From contig JAQWKY010000044.1 in NCBI GenBank assembly GCA_029247585.1, positions 5,010-69,009 of the forward strand: 64,000 nt of DNA. Reading direction: 5' to 3'. The stretch's first letter is position 1; each line of letters starts with the position of its first letter. The notes below the pieces were generated by a model. That model ran no database searches. It saw only the letters and a program-made list of their open reading frames with translations, and was not told where the DNA came from. This stretch comes from Flavobacteriales bacterium (GTDB lineage: Bacteria; Bacteroidota; Bacteroidia; Flavobacteriales; UBA7430). Of this stretch, positions 56,649 through 64,000 are shown in pieces. A program made the position numbers and the translations under genes.

Positions 56649-58898
56649 ATGTCTGATACGCTTTTAAAACAAAAGGCCAATTTTGGTACAGCACCGGTAT
56701 TTATGACGGCAATCTCCACGATTTTGGGGGCCATCTTGTACTTACGTTTTGGATATGCTGTAGCCCATACAGGATTTATGGGTGCTATCGCCATCATCAT
56801 TATTGGTCATTTAGTGACAATTCCTACAGCTATGGCGGTTGCAGAGATTGCAACGAACCGAAAGGTGCAGGGTGGTGGTGCTTACTACATCATTTCGAGG
56901 TCTTTTGGGTTGAATATTGGAGCAGCCATTGGCATCGCTCTTTTTCTTTCTCAAGCCATTTCTGTGGCCTTTTATGTAATTGCCTTTGCCGAGGCTTTTA
57001 TGCCTTTTTCAGAATTTCTCGTTGATTCTTATCCATTTTTGGTAGACTACAGTGCTTATTTATTAGACAAAAAACTCATCGGAATTATCATGATGATATT
57101 CCTGAGTATTCTGATGCTTACCAAAGGTGCTAATATTGGAATGAACCTACTCTACTATGTGGTAGCCATTCTTTTTGCATCGCTGATCATGTTCTTTATG
57201 GGGAAACCTATTGAAGGCCACGATTTGACAAATGTAGATCTGATCTCTTCCATCTCAAATCCGGACTCATTCTTTTATGTCTTCACCATTATCTTCCCCG
57301 CTTTTACCGGTATTGCAGCGGGATTGGGTTTATCCGGTGACTTAAAAGACCCTAAAAGATCGATTCCTAAAGGAACACTGTTGGCAACAGCAGTAGGAAT
57401 TGTCGTGTACGTAGCCGTTGCATTAAAACTGGTACTATCAGCTTCTTTAGACGATCTGGCAGCAGACCAGCTTATTATGAGTCGTATTGCCATCTGGGGG
57501 CCTATTATCCCTATTGGTTTGGCTTGTGCTGCAATTTCTTCTGCTTTAGGATCTGTAATGGTAGCACCACGTACACTGCAAGCTTTAGGGGTAGATAAAA
57601 TATTCCCTACACTAACCCTAAACAACTGGCTGTCAAAAAATAAAAAAAACACCATTGAACCAATAAATGCCTCATTAATCTCTTGCATCATCGCCTTTTT
57701 CTTTGTGGTTATCGGAGACATAAATTTGGTAGCTGAAGTGATCGCCATGTTCTTTATGGTGACTTATGGAGCCATTTGTTCCATCTCTCTTTTAGAGCAT
57801 TTCTCCGCCGATCCTTCTTACAGGCCTACATTTCGATCGCGTTGGTACATTTCGCTACTCGGAGCCGTACTTTCATTTTGGTTAATGTTCAAAATGAATA
57901 CCACTTACGCTTTGGCTTCCTTGATCTTTATGGCTATCATTTACATTTACATCAGTAAATACAACACTTCCAGCGGAGGGATCATCAAATTATTTAAAGG
58001 CGTTCTGTTCCAACTAAGCAGACAACTTCAAATCTTTGTACGTAAAAAAGAATACAACAGTGCCGATGACCATTGGCGTCCTTTTGCCATTTGTGTTTCT
58101 GATGTAACCCTCCAGAAAAGAGATGCCTTCGACTTTATGCGTTGGATCTCCCACAAATACGGATTCGGCACACACATGCACTTTATTGAGGGTTACCTGA
58201 ATAAAGAATCTCATCTTAAATCTCAAAAAACCCTATCTAAACTACACAGTCTTGCCGAAGGTTCCAAGTCAAAAGTTTATCTCGACACGATAATTAGCCC
58301 TTCATACACATCGGCCATCGCACAAGTCATTCAACTTGCCAGTATTTCCGGAAAGGGACACAACCTTATCGTTTTAGAATTTGAGAGAGGAAACAAAGAA
58401 AAGTTAGAGCAGATCATCAAAAATCATCACCTGTTAACGGCTACAGACCTCGATGTTTGTATTCTTAGCAGTACTTACAGATCCTTTGGTTACAACAAAG
58501 ACATTCATATTTGGATCTCTACTGATGATTATCAGGATTCCAATCTGGAAATTCTTTTAGGTTACATCTTACTCGGACATAAAAACTGGAAAGATGCCAG
58601 CATAAAAATATTCTCAATTTACGCAGAAGGTACTATCGAAAAGGAAAAAGAACGCCTGTTAAACCTCATACAAGAAGGTCAGTTACCTATCTCTCCTTCC
58701 AACATAAATCTCATTGAAAAAAACAAAGCTCACGAGATCAAATCTATCATTAACGAGCAATCGGCAACAGCTGATTTCACTTTGATAGGTTTCGATGAGA
58801 AGATTTTAGAAAGGGATGGAACAGCGTATTTTGAAGGGTACGACAAACTCGGAAATATTCTTTTTGTGAACTCTATGAACAAAAAAGAAATTAATTAA
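56649..58898 (+). CDS. APC-superfamily transporter of the cation-chloride-cotransporter (SLC12)-like type with a large cytoplasmic C-terminal domain
   Basis: 749 aa. About 12 TM segments in the first ~480 aa, then a ~270-aa soluble domain. Confidence 0.65.
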   Translation: MSDTLLKQKANFGTAPVFMTAISTILGAILYLRFGYAVAHTGFMGAIAIIIIGHLVTIPTAMAVAEIATNRKVQGGGAYYIISRSFGLNIGAAIGIALFLSQAISVAFYVIAFAEAFMPFSEFLVDSYPFLVDYSAYLLDKKLIGIIMMIFLSILMLTKGANIGMNLLYYVVAILFASLIMFFMGKPIEGHDLTNVDLISSISNPDSFFYVFTIIFPAFTGIAAGLGLSGDLKDPKRSIPKGTLLATAVGIVVYVAVALKLVLSASLDDLAADQLIMSRIAIWGPIIPIGLACAAISSALGSVMVAPRTLQALGVDKIFPTLTLNNWLSKNKKNTIEPINASLISCIIAFFFVVIGDINLVAEVIAMFFMVTYGAICSISLLEHFSADPSYRPTFRSRWYISLLGAVLSFWLMFKMNTTYALASLIFMAIIYIYISKYNTSSGGIIKLFKGVLFQLSRQLQIFVRKKEYNSADDHWRPFAICVSDVTLQKRDAFDFMRWISHKYGFGTHMHFIEGYLNKESHLKSQKTLSKLHSLAEGSKSKVYLDTIISPSYTSAIAQVIQLASISGKGHNLIVLEFERGNKEKLEQIIKNHHLLTATDLDVCILSSTYRSFGYNKDIHIWISTDDYQDSNLEILLGYILLGHKNWKDASIKIFSIYAEGTIEKEKERLLNLIQEGQLPISPSNINLIEKNKAHEIKSIINEQSATADFTLIGFDEKILERDGTAYFEGYDKLGNILFVNSMNKKEIN

Positions 58899-58921
58899 GT
58901 ACTTTTGCTCAAAATATTGCT

Positions 58922-59650
58922 TTGAAACAGACCGTTAAGCCCTACAAAAATTCGTCCTTATCCAAGAAGGAACAAGTTGCCGAAATGTTTGACAACATTG
59001 CCGGAAACTACGACTTCCTGAATCATTTCCTTTCCATGGGAATTGATATCTATTGGCGTAAACGATTGGTAAAACGCTTAATAAAACAAGCTCCTAAGCA
59101 AATTTTAGATGTGGCTACAGGAACGGGAGATCTTGCCATTGCCATGTTAAAAGCAAATCCGGATAAAATTGTCGGTATTGATATTTCGAACGGAATGCTT
59201 GAAGTAGGACGTAAGAAAATGAAGGAAAAAGGACTGGAAGACAAAATTACACTTCAACAAGCCGATTCTGAAAATTTACCTTTCGAAGACAATAGTTTTG
59301 ATGCAGTGAGTGTAAGTTTTGGAGCTCGTAACTTCGAAAACCTCGAAAAAGGACTATCGGAAATGTGTAGAGTATTGCGCCCGGGAGGAAAATTGTACAT
59401 CCTGGAATTTTCACAGCCCACTGTATTTCCTTTTAAACAACTTTACCAGTTCTACTTTAGATACATTTTACCTTTGGTAGGGAAAATCGTTTCTAAGGAC
59501 AATGCCGCTTACACCTATCTTCCCGAATCTGTTGGTGCTTTTCCTTACGGAAAAAAATTAAACAAGATCATAGAGAACTGTGGGTACAATAAGGCCAAAG
59601 ATCACTCGTTAACAATGGGTATTGCTTCCATTTACATCGCTGAAAAATGA
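58922..59650 (+). CDS. ubiE: Demethylmenaquinone methyltransferase (UbiE/MenG)
   Basis: 242 aa. ..[21 protein letters not shown].. and SAM motif [14 protein letters not shown] start. Confidence 0.85.
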   Translation: MKQTVKPYKNSSLSKKEQVAEMFDNIAGNYDFLNHFLSMGIDIYWRKRLVKRLIKQAPKQILDVATGTGDLAIAMLKANPDKIVGIDISNGMLEVGRKKMKEKGLEDKITLQQADSENLPFEDNSFDAVSVSFGARNFENLEKGLSEMCRVLRPGGKLYILEFSQPTVFPFKQLYQFYFRYILPLVGKIVSKDNAAYTYLPESVGAFPYGKKLNKIIENCGYNKAKDHSLTMGIASIYIAEK

Positions 59651-60345
59651 AAAAACTAGGGCTACTATCCTTATTGGTCATCTTTAGCTTGTCTGCTTTT
59701 GCTCAAAAGCAAAAGATTATTGCTTTAAGCAACTATGATTATAAAAAGATCCATTTTGGAATGGCTTTAGATTTTGGTCAATACAATCTGATCAATGATT
59801 TTAACGATAGTTTCTATCAGAACAATGACATTCTAAGTATTGAAACGGATAGTGACGTTGGAATAGGCGTTTCTTTCATCTTACCAGACCTCAGAATAAA
59901 CGATCGATTGAACCTTAGACATGTTCTTACGGTAAAAACCATACAACGAAAAATTAACTATCGTTTTAGCCCTGACTTTGATGGTCCATTAAATGAAACG
60001 AAAAGTGTTGAATCTTGGTTTGTAGAATCTGGATTTCACCTTAAATACAGAGCTGATCGAATTAACAACTACAGAGCTTTTCTATTTTTTGGTCCGAATA
60101 TTGGAATTGATATGGCCTCTGAAAAAGACGTAAAAGACGAAGAAATATTTAAACTTAACCGAAACAATATTGCTCTAGAAATCGGTGCCGGTTGTGATTT
60201 CTATTTTGAATATTTCAAATTCGCTCCTCAAATAAAATACTCTCATGGATTGACAAACCTCATTGTAGATGACGGCACTATTTTCACAAGTCCTCTAGAT
60301 GGTTTCTATTCCAGAGGTTTTCAGATATCCTTTACATTTGAATAA
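59647..60345 (+). CDS. PorT/SprT-like outer-membrane beta-barrel protein (T9SS-associated family, tentative)
   Basis: 232 aa. Signal peptide, beta-strand periodicity, terminal ..ISFTFE. My recollection of ubiE-porT synteny in Flavobacteriia supports the name, but it is unverified here. Confidence 0.55.
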   Translation: MKKLGLLSLLVIFSLSAFAQKQKIIALSNYDYKKIHFGMALDFGQYNLINDFNDSFYQNNDILSIETDSDVGIGVSFILPDLRINDRLNLRHVLTVKTIQRKINYRFSPDFDGPLNETKSVESWFVESGFHLKYRADRINNYRAFLFFGPNIGIDMASEKDVKDEEIFKLNRNNIALEIGAGCDFYFEYFKFAPQIKYSHGLTNLIVDDGTIFTSPLDGFYSRGFQISFTFE

Positions 60346-61896
<1,551 letters not shown>

Positions 61897-62378
61897 TTGA
61901 TAATTATCAATTGTCAATTAATAGTTCAAACCTTCCCTTATCAGAACGCTGCGCTGAAGCAATCAAGAATAATTATTAATTGACGATTGTCATCCTGATA
62001 AATTGATAATTAAATCGGATTTAATTACGAATTTTCATTACACCACATTTTACAAACCTAAAAGAAAATCAATGGGAATAATCCCATCTAGGGGTCAATT
62101 CATTTTTAAATTCAATTGTCCATTATCAATTGTCCATTATCAATTGTCAATTAATAGTTCAAACCTTCCCTTATCAGAACGCTGCGCCGAAGCAATCAAG
62201 AATAATTATTAATTGATAATTGACGATTGTCATCCTGATAAATTCATAATTAAATCCGATTTAATTACGAATTTTCATTACACCACTTTTACAGACCTAA
62301 AAGAAAATCAATGGGAATAATCCCATCTAGGGGTCAATTCATTTTTAAATTCAATTGTCCATTATCAATTATCAATTA

Positions 62379-63161
62379 TCAATTGTCAATTAATAGTTCA
62401 AACCTTCCCTTATCGGAGTTCCATTTTCCAAAAGGAGAGTTGAGCATTTCATTCATTTTTCCACCCTTTTTAAGGGCTTCTGTTTCCAAAATATGAAATT
62501 GAGAGCTTTTATCGATCCAAAAAACACGATCAGCTATTTGGAGTGCGGTTGCCCAATCGTGGGTACTCATAATAATAGATTTACCCTCTTCCCTGCTGAA
62601 TTTCTTCAAGAGAACAGACAACTCCATCGTGTGAGCCAGGTCCAAAAAAGCGGTAGGTTCATCCAACAATAAAACATCTGTTTGCTGAGCCAAAGCTCTC
62701 GCTAAGATGACTCGTTGTCGCTCACCATCACTTAGATCAGACATCCAACGATCAGCATACTCCAAAGCACCAACTTTAGATAGACTCGTTTCAATAATGG
62801 CCTCGTCTTCCTGCTTCAATTTTCCTTTCCACGATAAATACGGATAACGACCTGTTGCTACTACATCTTTCGCTTTCATAGCTACATCGCGAAGCGAATC
62901 AGTTAGAACCACCGCCATTTCTTTTGCTTTTTCTTCTGCCGAAAAATTTGCTAAAGCTTTCCCTTTCAATAGGATCTCACCTGAAAGATCAGGCAATATT
63001 CCCATCAGGGTTTTCAATAAAGTCGATTTCCCCTTCCCATTGGCTCCGAGCAAACAAATGAGTTCTCCGGAATACAACTCAAAGGAAATATCTTTCAGTA
63101 CCGACTGACCGTCATAACCTACGGAAACCTCTTTTAGTGTTATGTACTTCTCCTTACCCAA
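62379..63161 (-). CDS. ABC transporter ATP-binding protein (FecE/BtuD/HmuV-type iron-chelate or cobalamin importer)
   Basis: 260 aa. Walker A GANGKGKST, signature LSDGERQR, Walker B LLLDEPT. The last 11 codons and the stop are encoded by the tandem repeat. Confidence 0.85.
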   Translation of the reverse strand: MGKEKYITLKEVSVGYDGQSVLKDISFELYSGELICLLGANGKGKSTLLKTLMGILPDLSGEILLKGKALANFSAEEKAKEMAVVLTDSLRDVAMKAKDVVATGRYPYLSWKGKLKQEDEAIIETSLSKVGALEYADRWMSDLSDGERQRVILARALAQQTDVLLLDEPTAFLDLAHTMELSVLLKKFSREEGKSIIMSTHDWATALQIADRVFWIDKSSQFHILETEALKKGGKMNEMLNSPFGKWNSDKGRFELLIDN

Positions 63162-64000
63162 GACGGTTCTTTTTTAGCAAATAATAAATGACGAATGGAG
63201 CCCCAAAGAGCGAGGTAATACTGTTAATGGGCAAGACCATATCAAACCCCGGTGCCTGAGCGATCATATCGCAAAGCAAAGCAATACACGCCCCTGTAAG
63301 TGCCACCAAAGGAATGGTAATTTTGTGATCGGATTCTTCCACCCACAAACGCACCAAATGCGGAACGGCCATCCCCAAAAAGGCAATTGGACCACAATAG
63401 GCCGTAACCCATGCCACCAATATCCCTACCAGATACAATAACTGTCTGCGAATGGATTTTATGGAAACCCCTAAACTCTGTGCGTAAGACGCTCCGAGCA
63501 ATAAACTGTTTAAGGCTTTAGAACGCGAGTAGGCAAAGACCAATCCCAAAACTAAAACCGGAAGCATCATTTGCAGGTCTGTCCATTGTGTTTTAGCAAA
63601 AGAACCCAATCCCCAAAGCACAAAACTTTGAATTTCTTCAGATTTCGAAAAATATTGGAGAACACCCACCAAAGCTCCCGTAAGATAAGAGATCATCAGA
63701 CCTAAGATCAGTAAGCTTACCGAAGATCGGAAGCGTTTGGAAGCCCAGATCATGCTAATGAGCACGAACAAAGAACCGATACAGGCAGCAAGCGGCACAG
63801 AGAACAAGAATGTTCCTGAAAAGAGCAAAAGCAATAAAGCAACGCCTAAACTCGCCCCGGAACTGATCCCCAACACATAAGGTCCTGCCAGTGGATTTCG
63901 GAAAAAACTTTGCATCAGCAAACCGGAAACCGCCAAAGCCGAACCGGCAAAACAAGCCGTTAAAGCTTTGGGCAAACGATATTCAAAAATAATCGCCTCA
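63154..64000 (-). CDS. FecCD/BtuC-family ABC permease, 5'-truncated by the window edge
   Basis: The reading frame stays open to position 64000 (..EAIIFEYRLPKALTA..). Typical ..RNPLAGPYVLGISSGASLG.. motif. Overlaps the ATPase gene by 8 nt. Confidence 0.85.
   Translation of the reverse strand, partial: EAIIFEYRLPKALTACFAGSALAVSGLLMQSFFRNPLAGPYVLGISSGASLGVALLLLLFSGTFLFSVPLAACIGSLFVLISMIWASKRFRSSVSLLILGLMISYLTGALVGVLQYFSKSEEIQSFVLWGLGSFAKTQWTDLQMMLPVLVLGLVFAYSRSKALNSLLLGASYAQSLGVSIKSIRRQLLYLVGILVAWVTAYCGPIAFLGMAVPHLVRLWVEESDHKITIPLVALTGACIALLCDMIAQAPGFDMVLPINSITSLFGAPFVIYYLLKKNRLG

Noticed and set aside
56420-56800. 126-aa minus-strand ORF containing (PLSIVHY)n.
   Set aside because: It is simply the translation of the TGGA[TC]AA heptamer array plus promoter DNA. 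It overlaps the transporter start on the other strand and has no plausible start context or domain.
62003-62496. Two plus-strand ORFs (69 aa and 61 aa) inside the tandem repeat, one ending in ..ERCAEAIKNNY*.
   Set aside because: They are by-products of the duplicated gene 3' ends and heptamer arrays. Their sequences are low complexity, and the second runs antisense into the ABC ATPase gene.

Overview
The window reads as a low-GC Bacteroidota (Flavobacteriia-like) chromosomal segment. Supporting signs are three proteins with T9SS C-terminal sorting domains, TAnnTTTG-type -7 promoter boxes, a Bacteroidota-style arginine operon, bshA, a PorT-like gene after ubiE, and the tmRNA tag GESNYALAA. I call about 55 protein-coding genes, almost all housekeeping, and two housekeeping RNAs found by direct reading: RNase P RNA (minus, ~39606-39960) and tmRNA (plus, 47789-48160). 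I saw no CRISPR array, transposase, integrase or recognisable defence genes. Six things deserve a second look. (1) A ~770-bp ORF-free island (45.65-46.41 kb) holds three same-orientation mini-units. Read on the minus strand, each is a -7 promoter box, a conserved G-tract core and a hairpin/T-run terminator, so they are candidate novel small RNAs. Fifteen nt of the core are complementary to the 5' leader of the T9SS cargo gene at 172. (2) Phased heptanucleotide tandem arrays fill nearly every intergenic spacer between 53.0 and 62.4 kb and are not evident elsewhere in the window. (3) A 233-bp tandem triplication (61861-62414) copies the last 11-12 codons of two convergent genes plus their terminators, and one copy is internally deleted between heptamer repeats. 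(4) argE carries a frameshift at an A5 run inside an otherwise intact 8-gene arginine operon. (5) A receiver-HATPase protein has Leu at the H-box position where the phospho-acceptor His is expected. (6) An uncharacterised operon encodes an acidic lipoprotein and a predicted beta-barrel protein. All functional names come from motif and family recognition by eye; no database search was run.
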